The position numbers were made by a program, and so were the translations under genes. DNA of 64,000 bases from Desulfuromonadales bacterium (GTDB taxonomy: Bacteria; Desulfobacterota; Desulfuromonadia; Geobacterales; Pseudopelobacteraceae): NCBI GenBank assembly GCA_037129245.1, contig JBAXVE010000002.1, positions 23,441 to 87,440 on the forward strand. The letters are read 5' to 3'. Shown here piece by piece: positions 43,987 to 53,777 of this stretch. The first letter of the stretch is position 1; each line of letters starts with the position of its first letter. The notes under the pieces are model-generated. The model did not search any database. It saw nothing but the letters and a program-made list of their open reading frames with translations, and was not told the DNA's origin.

Positions 43987-45918
43987 GTGCTACAAAAACC
44001 GTTTCGGATACTTTTTATCGCCGTCCTGATAGCTTCGCTCCTTATCACCCCGGTTTCAGCGGCCGTAACCAAGGGCGTGGTGCTCAATTTCAACGAGGTG
44101 GACATCTCCACCATGGTCAAGTTTATCAGCGACCTGACCGGCAGAAACTTCATTCTTGACGAACGGGTGAAGGGGAAAATATCGGTCTATTCTCCGTCCA
44201 AACTTTCGGTTGAAGAGGCATATGACGTCTTTACGTCAGTGCTTGAGCTGAAGGGATTTGCTGTGCTGCAGAGTGGTAAGGTCGCAAAAATAGTTCCTGC
44301 CGCCGGAGCCCGGCAGTCCGGATTCCGCCTGCTGCCTGATGGCGAAAAAATTCCGGTCAACGAAAGCTACGTGGCCCGGATCAGCAAACTTGAAAATATA
44401 ACCGCCCAGGAGGCGCTTCCGTTTCTGCAGCCGATGATCTCGAAGGATGGCCATATTTCGGCATTCGGGCCGGGTAATCTGCTGTTGATCGTCGATTCGG
44501 CCCTCAATATCCGCAAGCTGCAGGAACTGCTGCTGACGATCGATACGGAGCGCATTCGTGAAGGGTTCGAGATCATCTACCTGAAAAATGCCGCTGCTGA
44601 GAATGCGGCAACGGTAATCCGGCAGTGGCTGGGGGGGCCGGCCGTCGTTCCGGGAGGTCTGCCCGCTTCTGCGGCAGGGAGCGGCACCGCCAGCGTCCTG
44701 GCCGATCAGCGACTCAATGCACTACTGGTTTTCGGCAATGAAGCTGCCAAAAAATCCGTGCGCGACATGGTAGCCAAACTGGATGTCCCTCCCCCCGAAG
44801 CAAGCAGCAAGGTCAACGTGTATTATCTTGAGAACACTGATGCGACGGAGATGGCCAAGGTGCTTGACGGCGTGGTCAAGGGAATTACCGCACAGGCGGC
44901 CGGGCAGCCCGGCCTGCCGGCGTCCCAGGCGTCGCCTTTTGACAGCGGCAGGGTCACCATCACGGCCGATAAGGCTTCCAATTCGCTGGTCATCATGGCA
45001 TCACCCACCGACTACACCAATCTTGTCCAGGTGATCAAAAAGCTGGACCGCCGCAGCAAGCAGGTATTTGTCCAGGTGGTAATCGCCGAAGTCTCACTGG
45101 ACAAGACCCGGGCCCTCGGTGTCCAGGCCGGCGCGATTGCGGCCGGCACGCTCGGTAAATATCTGCAGGGTGGCGGCATGTACGATCCATTTGGCACCTT
45201 CAGCCAGATTCTCGGCAGCACTGCGTCCGGGAGTACCGGCACCGGAATCTCATCGCTCATCAATTCACAGCTCTCCAACTCGACCAGGCCGGTTACCGGG
45301 GTCGCCCTGCTGCAGGCCCTGGAATCCAACGGGCTGCTGAATGTACTCTCAACCCCCAATATCCTGACGTCCGATAACAAGGAAGCCGAAATTTTCGTGG
45401 GAGAAAATGTCCCCTTCCAGGGATCGTCAACCCTGAGCACCACCGGAACGACCCAGTCGGTCGAGCGCAAGGATATCGGTATCAACCTGAAACTCAAGCC
45501 GCAGATCAGCGAAGGGGATTACATCCGGCTCGACATCAATCAGGAGATTTCGGCGGTCAAGGACACCGTCATCGTCGGCGCCGGATCAACCGACCGTACC
45601 ACTACCAAGCGTTCCGCCAAGACCAGCATCGTTGTCAAAGACAGTGAAACTGTTGTCATCGGTGGCCTGATACAGGATCAGGAAAACAATACCGTCAATA
45701 AAATTCCGATCCTGGGTGACATCCCCGGCCTGGGGTGGCTCTTCAAAACTACTACCAAAACACGGCAGAAGACCAATCTGATGATTCTACTGATTCCGCG
45801 GATCGTCAAGGATGCCTCCGACCTGGCCGGCGTGACTGATGCACAGCGCCTGCGGTTCGGCGATGCCGCCCATAAGGAGCAGCCGCTCGACGTGAAGCAG
45901 GGGATAGCTCCCAAATGA
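43987..45918 (+). CDS. gspD: type II secretion system secretin GspD
   Basis: N0/N1-N3 domains (VDISTMVKFISDLTGRNFILD) and a secretin core (TPNILTSDNKEAEIFVGENVPF, VIGGLI...IPILGDIPGLGWLFK) are present. GTG 43987 has GGAG 6 nt upstream. ATG 43957 lacks an SD. Confidence 0.9.
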   Translation: MLQKPFRILFIAVLIASLLITPVSAAVTKGVVLNFNEVDISTMVKFISDLTGRNFILDERVKGKISVYSPSKLSVEEAYDVFTSVLELKGFAVLQSGKVAKIVPAAGARQSGFRLLPDGEKIPVNESYVARISKLENITAQEALPFLQPMISKDGHISAFGPGNLLLIVDSALNIRKLQELLLTIDTERIREGFEIIYLKNAAAENAATVIRQWLGGPAVVPGGLPASAAGSGTASVLADQRLNALLVFGNEAAKKSVRDMVAKLDVPPPEASSKVNVYYLENTDATEMAKVLDGVVKGITAQAAGQPGLPASQASPFDSGRVTITADKASNSLVIMASPTDYTNLVQVIKKLDRRSKQVFVQVVIAEVSLDKTRALGVQAGAIAAGTLGKYLQGGGMYDPFGTFSQILGSTASGSTGTGISSLINSQLSNSTRPVTGVALLQALESNGLLNVLSTPNILTSDNKEAEIFVGENVPFQGSSTLSTTGTTQSVERKDIGINLKLKPQISEGDYIRLDINQEISAVKDTVIVGAGSTDRTTTKRSAKTSIVVKDSETVVIGGLIQDQENNTVNKIPILGDIPGLGWLFKTTTKTRQKTNLMILLIPRIVKDASDLAGVTDAQRLRFGDAAHKEQPLDVKQGIAPK

Positions 45919-47486
45919 CCGTCGAACCTCTTTCCGATCAGGGGCAGGCGCTTGCTCGCACTCTGGGGATCCCCTTCCAGGAGGAAATTGATGCCAGAGA
46001 TGTTGATGTCACGTTGCTGAGCCGTCTGCCGCTGACGTTTGCACGCGGTAACACCATCCTGCCGTTGCGGGAAAGCGGCGGTGTGCTGCATATCGCCGTT
46101 GCTGATGCCAACGGCCTGCTGCTGCTGGATGAGCTGCGCATGGTATTCAACAGGCCGCTGCAGGGAGTTCTGGTACCCGCTTCCCACCTGGTGGATGCCA
46201 TAAATCAGCTGTATGCCGGGGTATCCGGCACGGCCCGCGAGGTTCTGCAGGAGTTGGAGGGGGAAGACCTTTCGACCGTTGCCAGCCAGTTGAATCAGCC
46301 GACCGATCTGCTGGACCTGTCCGACGAGGCGCCGGTTATCCGTCTATTGAACTCGATCCTTTCCGAAGCGGTCAAAGAACGGGTCAGCGACGTTCATATC
46401 GAACCCTACGAGCGCGAACTGCTGGTGCGTTTCCGCATCGATGGCATTCTCTACGAAAAGCTGTCCCCACCGAAAATTATTCAGGATGCCCTCGTCTCGC
46501 GCGTCAAGATCATGGCTGGCCTCAACATCGCCGAAAAACGCCTGCCGCAGGATGGCCGTATCCGCATTCTGGTTGCCGGCCGCGACGTGGATATCCGCGT
46601 CTCGATCATCCCCACCTTCTACGGCGAGCGGGCGGTGCTGCGCCTGCTGGACAAGAAAAAGGGGATTCTCTCGCTGGCCGACATCGGCCTGGGGGAAGCC
46701 GGAGTGCGGACGATGGAACGGATGCTGACCAGAACCAGCGGCATCATCCTGGTCACCGGCCCGACCGGCAGCGGTAAGTCAACCACGCTCTACGCCGCCC
46801 TGAACCGGGTCAACTCCAGCGAAAAAAACATCATCACCATTGAAGATCCGATCGAATACCAGATCAGGGGTATCGGGCAGATCCAGGTCAACCCGAAAAT
46901 CGACCTGACCTTTGCCGGTGGACTCCGTTCGATTCTGCGCCAGGACCCGGACATCATCATGGTCGGTGAAATCCGTGACGCCGAGACGGCGGAAATCGCC
47001 ATCCAGGCCAGTCTGACCGGCCACCTGGTGCTCTCCACCCTGCATACCAACGATGCGGCTACCGCCGTTACCCGACTGGTGGACATGGGGATCGAGCCGT
47101 TCATGATCGCATCTTCGCTGGCTGCAGTGGTCGCCCAGCGACTGGTGCGGCTGATCTGCCCGCACTGCCGGGAGGAGTACCGGCCGGAGCAGCTATTTGC
47201 CGGCATTACCCTTCCGGAGAAACTCTACCGGGGAACGGGATGCGAGCACTGTTTCGGATTGGGAACTCTCGGTCGCACCGCGATTTATGAAATACTGCCG
47301 GTCGATCAGGAGCTCTGCTCCATGATCATCCGCCGCTGCCATTCCGGTGAAATCAAGGAATACGCCGTGTCACGCGGCATGCGGACCCTGCGCGATGACG
47401 GCTTGGCGCGGGCCGCTTCCGGCATCACCACCATCGAAGAGGTACTGCGCGTCACCCAGGACGATTATGCCGACGTTCCGCTATAA
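45915..47486 (+). CDS. gspE: type II secretion ATPase GspE
   Basis: Walker A GPTGSGKST, Asp box, Walker B and a tetracysteine motif (CPHC...CEHC) are present. ATGA overlap with gspD. Confidence 0.95.
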   Translation: MTVEPLSDQGQALARTLGIPFQEEIDARDVDVTLLSRLPLTFARGNTILPLRESGGVLHIAVADANGLLLLDELRMVFNRPLQGVLVPASHLVDAINQLYAGVSGTAREVLQELEGEDLSTVASQLNQPTDLLDLSDEAPVIRLLNSILSEAVKERVSDVHIEPYERELLVRFRIDGILYEKLSPPKIIQDALVSRVKIMAGLNIAEKRLPQDGRIRILVAGRDVDIRVSIIPTFYGERAVLRLLDKKKGILSLADIGLGEAGVRTMERMLTRTSGIILVTGPTGSGKSTTLYAALNRVNSSEKNIITIEDPIEYQIRGIGQIQVNPKIDLTFAGGLRSILRQDPDIIMVGEIRDAETAEIAIQASLTGHLVLSTLHTNDAATAVTRLVDMGIEPFMIASSLAAVVAQRLVRLICPHCREEYRPEQLFAGITLPEKLYRGTGCEHCFGLGTLGRTAIYEILPVDQELCSMIIRRCHSGEIKEYAVSRGMRTLRDDGLARAASGITTIEEVLRVTQDDYADVPL

Positions 47487-48678
47487 AGCCTACGACTCGC
47501 GCGGCGCCGCTCTGTCAGGTTCACTGGAAGCTGATTCCGAGCGGCAGGTGATGCAGCTTCTGAAGGCAAAAGGGCTGCTGCTGCGGGAATTCATAGAAGA
47601 GAACGGTGCTCAGGGATCGGCAAAACCGTTCTCATTCCGTCCGTCTGTATCCACTGCCGACTTGTCGCTGTTTACCCGCCGTCTGGCCACTCTGGTAGCC
47701 TCTTCAGTACCGCTGTTCGAGTCGATCGGATCGCTGTGTGAGCAGGAGCAGGAGGGCCCGCTCCGTCAGGCCTTGGTGCGGGTCAGGGAAAAAGTTGCCG
47801 AAGGGGCCGCGCTTTCCCGGGCGCTGGCAGCCGAACCGTCGATCTTTAACGAAAGCTACGTCAGTATGGTAGCGGCCGGAGAGGCCGGTGGTGCCCTGGA
47901 TGCCGTGCTTGAACGCCTGGCTGATTTTCTCGAAGAGCAGGAACAGGTACGCAGCCGGGTTGTGTCGGCGCTGGTTTATCCTCTGCTGATGTTGCTGGTC
48001 GGCGGCGGAGTGATGCTGTTCCTGTTGACGGTGGTCATCCCCAAGATCGTCGTCATCTTTGAAGACAGCAAGACAGCTCTGCCGCTGATCACGATACTGC
48101 TGATCAAGCTGAGCCATCTCCTGCGCAGCTGGTGGTGGATCCCCGCCGGCTTTGCCATCGCCTCAATCCCCCTGTACCGAAAGGCCATGAAACGGGACGA
48201 TCTGCGATTGAAGCGGGATACGCTGCTGCTGTCGGCGCCGCTGGTCGGCGATATGCTGAAAGGACTGATCCTGTCTCGCTTCGCCCGTGTTCTCGGTTTG
48301 CTGCTGGCCAGCGGTGTGCCGATCATGCGTGCGCTGGAAATCACCGGCGAGGTGGTCGTCAATCGGGTCTATCAGACCTATCTGCGCGGCGTGCGGGAAG
48401 AGGTTTCCCAAGGGGGGAGCCTCTCGGGCAGCCTGAAAAAGAGCCCGTTGTTTCCCCCGCTGCTGGTACATCTGGCAGGGGTAGGAGAAAAGGGTGGCAA
48501 TCTGGAGGAGATGTTGATCAAGGCCGGTGTGGCTTACGAGCGGGAGTTCAGTACCCGCCTGACCCGCCTGATGGGCCTGATTGAGCCGCTGATGGTGCTG
48601 GCGATGGGACTGGCGGTCGGCATTGTTGTGCTGGCGGTGCTGCTGCCGATATTTGAAATGAACCAGTTGATACGATAG
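47467..48678 (+). CDS. gspF: type II secretion inner-membrane platform protein GspF
   Basis: MPTFRYKAYDSRG..., two T2SF repeats and the C-terminal LPIFEMNQLI are present. Overlaps gspE by 20 nt. Confidence 0.9.
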   Translation: MPTFRYKAYDSRGAALSGSLEADSERQVMQLLKAKGLLLREFIEENGAQGSAKPFSFRPSVSTADLSLFTRRLATLVASSVPLFESIGSLCEQEQEGPLRQALVRVREKVAEGAALSRALAAEPSIFNESYVSMVAAGEAGGALDAVLERLADFLEEQEQVRSRVVSALVYPLLMLLVGGGVMLFLLTVVIPKIVVIFEDSKTALPLITILLIKLSHLLRSWWWIPAGFAIASIPLYRKAMKRDDLRLKRDTLLLSAPLVGDMLKGLILSRFARVLGLLLASGVPIMRALEITGEVVVNRVYQTYLRGVREEVSQGGSLSGSLKKSPLFPPLLVHLAGVGEKGGNLEEMLIKAGVAYEREFSTRLTRLMGLIEPLMVLAMGLAVGIVVLAVLLPIFEMNQLIR

Positions 48679-48693
48679 GCGGGAGAGCGGAAG

Positions 48694-49710
48694 ATGATCA
48701 ACTGGGTGCTGCTGCTGGTTGCGCTGGGAATAATACTGCTCGGAGCCACCGTGTTCACCAATGGCCTGGAGTGGTTCGGTAAAAAGATGCATCTTTCCGA
48801 CGGTGCGGTGGGGAGCATCTTTGCTGCCGTCGGCACCGCCCTGCCGGAAACCCTGGTACCGATTGTGGCCATCATGTTCGGCACCCCGGAGGCAGGCCAC
48901 AAGATCGGTGTTGGTGCCATCATCGGCGCCCCCTTCATGCTGGGGACGCTGGCTTTTTTCATCAGCGGCCTGGCGGTGATCCTGAATCGCAGGAAACGTG
49001 ATGATTACCCGGTGATGCGGGTCGATACTACCGTCATGCGGCGGGACATGGAGTACTTCCTGGCGCTCTACACCGTGGCGATTGCTGCTTCGTTTCTTGG
49101 CGGGCATCCGGTCATCAAAACCTTCGTCGCTCTGGTGCTCCTGCTGGTCTACGGTGGCTATGTGCTGCAGACCCTCAAAGGGGGAGGAGAGCCGGAAGCC
49201 CATGAAATCGAAGAGTCCGAGATTGACCCCTGCTACTTCGCGCCCCGCTCCCACGATCCGCACATGTCCATCATTGCCGCCCAGGTGTTTGGCTCACTGC
49301 TGCTGATCGTCTGGGGTTCCTACATCTTCGTCGAAAAAGTACAGATCATCTCCCAACAGATGGGGCTCTCCCCCTTCATCCTGGCGATGATCATTGCACC
49401 GATCGCGACTGAACTGCCGGAAAAATTCAACAGTGTCATCTGGATTAACAAGGGGAAGGATACCCTGGCAATCGGCAACGTAACCGGCGCCATGGTCTTT
49501 CAGGGGTCGGTGATTACCGCCATCGGCATCCTGATGACCGACTGGCAGCTCAATACGGCGGCACTGCTGACAGTCGCTCTGACCTTTGCTTCGGTCGGCC
49601 TGGCCTACCTGCAGATCCGGGTGAAAAAACACCTCACTCCGGGCACCCTGCTTGCGGGTGGGGTGTTTTATTTCATTTTTCTGCTGCTGATCGTGTGCAG
49701 AGTGATATGA
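48694..49710 (+). CDS. CaCA family sodium/calcium (cation) antiporter, YrbG-like
   Basis: Two alpha-repeats are present (GSIFAAVGTALPE and GNVTGAMVFQGSV), with about 10 TM helices. Starts 15 nt after gspF. Confidence 0.85.
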   Translation: MINWVLLLVALGIILLGATVFTNGLEWFGKKMHLSDGAVGSIFAAVGTALPETLVPIVAIMFGTPEAGHKIGVGAIIGAPFMLGTLAFFISGLAVILNRRKRDDYPVMRVDTTVMRRDMEYFLALYTVAIAASFLGGHPVIKTFVALVLLLVYGGYVLQTLKGGGEPEAHEIEESEIDPCYFAPRSHDPHMSIIAAQVFGSLLLIVWGSYIFVEKVQIISQQMGLSPFILAMIIAPIATELPEKFNSVIWINKGKDTLAIGNVTGAMVFQGSVITAIGILMTDWQLNTAALLTVALTFASVGLAYLQIRVKKHLTPGTLLAGGVFYFIFLLLIVCRVI

Positions 49711-49770
49711 GAGCATTGGCTGGAAACCGCACACCTCCATAACGATGGGACAAAGGAAGGATGGCAGCCG

Positions 49771-50652
49771 GTGCACCCGCCCGGCAGCCTCCACCCCAGC
49801 AAACGACAAGCGCTGATGTGGGCGCTGGTGCTGGATTCCCGCTCAATTCCCTGCTGCGTCGACACCACGGACGCCGGATGGCAGCTGCTGGTTCCTCCCC
49901 GGCACGTCGAATCGGCCCTCGCGGAACTGCGCCTCTACGAAGAGCAGAACCGCAACTGGCCGCCTGCTTTCGTTGTACCGCAATCGATGGCGCAGTCGAT
50001 GCTGCCGACCATCTCCATTCTAATCCTGCTGGCAACCTTTCATAATCTGACCCTGCTTGGCCTTTCACTGCCGGAACGCGGCATCATTGACCTGAATGAA
50101 CTGGGGGTCGCCCATGCCGCAGACATCATGAACGGCGAATGGTGGCGGGCCGTGACCGCTCTAACACTCCACGCCGACCTGCCCCATCTGCTCAGCAACC
50201 TGACCATCGGCGGCGTCTTCATCGTTCTGCTCTGCCGTGAACTGGGATCGGGGCTGGCCTGGTTTCTGCTGATCTGCAGCGGGACGTTCGGTAATCTGCT
50301 CAACGCCTGGGTTCAGGCGCCTACCCATCACTCGGTGGGTGCCTCAACGGCGGTGTTCGGGACGGTCGGCATTCTTGCTGCCATCAGTGCATTGCGGCAC
50401 CGGCAGTATCTGCGGCAGCGCTGGTTTATCCCTCTCGCAGCCGGTGCGGCCCTGCTGGCGATCCTCGGAACCGAAGGGAAGCAAACAGACCTGGGTGCAC
50501 ACTTGTTCGGGTTTATTTGCGGGATTGCTGCCGGTCTTACTGCGGAGTATCTGATTGCACGTTACGGAAACCCCGGGCGAAGGCTTAATGTCCTGCTGGC
50601 GATGGCAGGCGTAGTGATCGTGGCTGTTTCGTGGTGGATGGCACTGCAGTGA
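49771..50652 (+). CDS. rhomboid family intramembrane serine protease with N-terminal cytoplasmic extension
   Basis: EWWRAVTALTLHAD (WR motif), catalytic GASTAVFG and HLFGFICG are present. A GTG start follows AAGGAAGGA. Confidence 0.8.
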   Translation: MHPPGSLHPSKRQALMWALVLDSRSIPCCVDTTDAGWQLLVPPRHVESALAELRLYEEQNRNWPPAFVVPQSMAQSMLPTISILILLATFHNLTLLGLSLPERGIIDLNELGVAHAADIMNGEWWRAVTALTLHADLPHLLSNLTIGGVFIVLLCRELGSGLAWFLLICSGTFGNLLNAWVQAPTHHSVGASTAVFGTVGILAAISALRHRQYLRQRWFIPLAAGAALLAILGTEGKQTDLGAHLFGFICGIAAGLTAEYLIARYGNPGRRLNVLLAMAGVVIVAVSWWMALQ

Positions 50653-51178
50653 TTAGTGCAGAGAAACGGGTGGTCTGCAGAATACAAACATTGGAATCGT
50701 TGACAAATGTGGCCCAGAACGCCTGTTTCCTCTTGTGAAACAAAATGCGGCACACCAAGAAAAAACATTTTTAAAATCAATCATTCGCAGCGATTACCAC
50801 AACTTGTTTCAGATTGGTGCCGAAGATTGGAGTATTCATTGATGAAGCAATATCAGTGAGTTAACACACAATTCAGCGCTATTGATATAACAAATTGCGC
50901 ACAGTTTCAATTCGATATCTGAATATGACTCGAATTCATCGCAAATTTAGATTACCATCCTTGAGATTTTTCAGGTTGAAAATATGTTCTGAAGAGCGCC
51001 TTTACTCAATGGCTCGGTTGCAAACTGTCTCTGGATGTTGAAATGGCTGATGGCCGTCATATTGGAATAAATGTATTTGCTGATCGAGATGACGGGGTGA
51101 ACTGGTAAGACCGTTTCCGTTTTGCGCACGGCAACCGGAAATGCCGGATTTTGAATGCCAACAGCTCAAGGGGGATGC

Positions 51179-52297
51179 ATGAAAAAAGCACTTATAACCG
51201 GAATAACCGGACAGGACGGCTCATACCTGGCGGAACTGCTCCTTGAAAAGGGGTACGAGGTTCACGGCATCAAGCGCCGCGCATCGCTGTTCAACACCCA
51301 GCGCATCGACCACATCTACCAGGATCCGCACATCAAGGATGCCCACTTCAAACTCCATTACGGCGACCTGACCGACTCCTCCAACCTGACGCGCATCATC
51401 CAGGATGTGCAGCCCGACGAGGTTTACAACCTGGGGGCTCAGTCCCACGTCGCCGTCAGTTTCGAATCGCCGGAGTACACCGCCGAAGCGGACGGCATCG
51501 GCACGCTGCGCATGCTTGAGGCCATACGCCTGCTCGGCCTGGTAGGAAAAACCCGCTTCTACCAGGCCTCCACCTCTGAACTGTACGGCCTGGTGCAGGA
51601 GATACCCCAGAAGGAGAGCACTCCCTTCTACCCCCGCTCGCCCTACGCGGTTGCCAAGCTCTACGCCTACTGGATTACCGTAAACTACCGCGAGGCTTAC
51701 GGAATGTATGCCTGTAACGGCATCCTGTTCAACCACGAATCCCCCCGCCGCGGCGAGACCTTCGTCACCCGCAAGATCACCCGCGGCCTCGCCAACATCG
51801 CCCAGGGACTGGAAGAGTGCCTCTTCATGGGGAACATCGACTCCCTGCGCGACTGGGGGCACGCGAAGGACTACGTCAAAATGCAATGGTTGATGCTGCA
51901 GCAGGAACAACCTGAAGACTTCGTGATCGCCACCGGCCTGCAGTACACGGTGCGGCAATTTATCGCCTGGACCGCCGAAGAGCTTGGAATCACGCTGCAT
52001 TTCGAGGGCGGAAGCACGGACGAAACGGCAACTGTCGTATCGGTAGAGGGGACGAAAGCCCCGGGAGTCAAACCGGGCGACGTCATTGTGCGCATCGACC
52101 CGCGCTACTTCCGCCCCTCCGAGGTCGAAACCCTGCTCGGCGATCCAACCAAAGCACACGACAAGTTAGGATGGACGCCTGAGACCACCGCCCGGCAGAT
52201 GTGCGCCGAAATGGTGGCGCACGACCTGGTAGAGGCGCAGCGCCACGCCCTGCTGAAGACCCACGGCTACAACGTTGCCGTCAGTAGCGAACATTAA
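51179..52297 (+). CDS. gmd: GDP-mannose 4,6-dehydratase
   Basis: [39 protein letters not shown] and [17 protein letters not shown] are present. Confidence 0.95.
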   Translation: MKKALITGITGQDGSYLAELLLEKGYEVHGIKRRASLFNTQRIDHIYQDPHIKDAHFKLHYGDLTDSSNLTRIIQDVQPDEVYNLGAQSHVAVSFESPEYTAEADGIGTLRMLEAIRLLGLVGKTRFYQASTSELYGLVQEIPQKESTPFYPRSPYAVAKLYAYWITVNYREAYGMYACNGILFNHESPRRGETFVTRKITRGLANIAQGLEECLFMGNIDSLRDWGHAKDYVKMQWLMLQQEQPEDFVIATGLQYTVRQFIAWTAEELGITLHFEGGSTDETATVVSVEGTKAPGVKPGDVIVRIDPRYFRPSEVETLLGDPTKAHDKLGWTPETTARQMCAEMVAHDLVEAQRHALLKTHGYNVAVSSEH

Positions 52298-52314
52298 ACC
52301 TAACGGAGCCCCCC

Positions 52315-53304
52315 ATGAACATACCATCGACCATCTTCGTTGCAGGCTCCAGCGGCCTGGTCGGCTCCGCCCTCGTCAGGGCTCTCAGAGGCGCCGGTTA
52401 TCGCAACCTGCTGACACCCTCAAGCCGCAACCTCGATCTCAGTGAACAACAGGCGGTGGCGGACTTCTACGACCGTGAAAAACCCGAATACGTCTTCCTG
52501 GCCGCCGCCAGGGTCGGTGGCATCCACGCCAACAACAACTACCCGGCCGAATTCATCCATCAGAATCTGGCAATCCAGAATAACGTCATTCACCAGTCGT
52601 ATCGTCATGGAGTGAAACGGCTCTTGTTCCTGGGGTCGTCCTGCATCTACCCCCGGCAGTCACCTCAGCCAATGAAAGAGGAGCACCTCCTGACCGGACT
52701 TCTGGAACCGACCAACGAACCCTACGCCATTGCCAAAATTGCCGGCATCAAAATGTGCGAAGCGTACAACCGCCAGTACGGCACGCAGTTCATCGCCGCC
52801 ATGCCCACCAACCTCTACGGCCCGCATGACAATTTCCACTCCGAAAACAGCCATGTTCTGCCGGCGCTGATCCGCCGCTTCCACGAGGCAAAGGTTGAGC
52901 AGGCTCCCGAGGTCGTCATCTGGGGGAGCGGAACGCCGCGCCGCGAACTGCTCTATGTCGACGACATGGCCGCCGGCTGCCTGTTCCTGATGGAGCTGCC
53001 CGTCGAAAGACTCGCGCCGGAAATGCTTAGCTATCCCAGGCCCTGCTTTGTCAACCTGGGGACCGGCGAGGATGTCACCATCAGGGAGCTGGCTGAGACC
53101 GTAAGGGATGTGACCGGCTTCAGCGGTGAACTGCGCTTTGACACATCAAAGCCGGACGGCATGCCGAAGAAACTGCAGGACGTATCGCGGATGCACGCTC
53201 TGGGATGGAGGCACACGGTCGGTCTGCGCACGGGAGTTGAACTGGCCTATCGCTGGTACATGGAGCAGCTGGCGGGCCCGGATGCACCCAAAGGGGTTGC
53301 GTGA
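52315..53304 (+). CDS. fcl: GDP-L-fucose synthase (GDP-4-keto-6-deoxymannose 3,5-epimerase/4-reductase)
   Basis: [30 protein letters not shown] and NLYGPHDNF are present. Confidence 0.95.
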   Translation: MNIPSTIFVAGSSGLVGSALVRALRGAGYRNLLTPSSRNLDLSEQQAVADFYDREKPEYVFLAAARVGGIHANNNYPAEFIHQNLAIQNNVIHQSYRHGVKRLLFLGSSCIYPRQSPQPMKEEHLLTGLLEPTNEPYAIAKIAGIKMCEAYNRQYGTQFIAAMPTNLYGPHDNFHSENSHVLPALIRRFHEAKVEQAPEVVIWGSGTPRRELLYVDDMAAGCLFLMELPVERLAPEMLSYPRPCFVNLGTGEDVTIRELAETVRDVTGFSGELRFDTSKPDGMPKKLQDVSRMHALGWRHTVGLRTGVELAYRWYMEQLAGPDAPKGVA

Positions 53305-53339
53305 TGTGCGGTACATGGTGTACTGGCTTTTTTGCCGGA

Positions 53340-53551
53340 CATTGGTGTCTCTGATGCCAGACCCCACACCGAAATCCAGGCTGAATGCAAGCAGAAGTGG
53401 CCGCATGGGAAAAAGACCGAAATAATTGCACCAAGAAAATCAACTGGCAGTTCACAACAATTGACGCTCGGATCAGGTTGACGCGGCTTTATCCGAAGTT
53501 ATACCTGTTACATGGTACTAGCACGCTTCTTTCCATTAATACATCATTCTA
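53340..53551 (+). mobile_element. possible frameshifted 3' remnant of a DDE transposase (IS630-like C-terminal motif)
   Basis: One frame reads ...AEVAAWEKDRNNCTKKINWQFTTIDARIRLTRLYPKL. An adjacent frame just upstream reads ...CRTLVSLMPDPTPKS. I recall the W(Q/R)FTT.DARIKLK.LYP ending from IS630-type transposases. There is no intact ORF, and I could not define inverted repeats. Confidence 0.35.
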
Positions 53552-53736
53552 ATATTTCACCTCGTCACAGTTTTCAAATTAATCAGTTAAAAAACACAGG
53601 CACACCTCCCCCAGATAGCGTCCTACGTGCTGATTAATTGTTGCCATTATCAAAACCACTGTATTCAGGTTCGGATCTCCGGAAACCGCTTTGCATGCTC
53701 GATATATTCAGCGGATGACAACGCTCCGATTAGATA

Positions 53737-53765
53737 TTGATTGAGTCGGCTTCATACCGTACAAT
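53737..53765 (+). promoter_or_regulatory. candidate sigma-70 promoter giving a near-leaderless transcript
   Basis: TTGATT-N17-TACAAT ends 12 nt before ATG 53778, and no SD lies between them. Confidence 0.4.
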
Positions 53766-53777
53766 GTCTCCGCTATC

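Noticed and set aside
48163-49263. A 366-aa minus-strand ORF spanning the gspF/antiporter junction.
   Set aside because: It is antisense to two confidently called genes and crosses their boundary. Its composition is dominated by Q, H, R, G and D. No domains were recognised.
50653-51178. A hidden small gene, tRNA or sigma-54 promoter in the AT-rich gap before gmd. One example is a 21-codon ORF, MADGRHIGINVFADRDDGVNW.
   Set aside because: I saw no cloverleaf-like structure. TGG..GC candidates have the wrong spacing. The mini-ORFs lack an RBS and any recognisable motif. I have left the gap as unexplained non-coding DNA.
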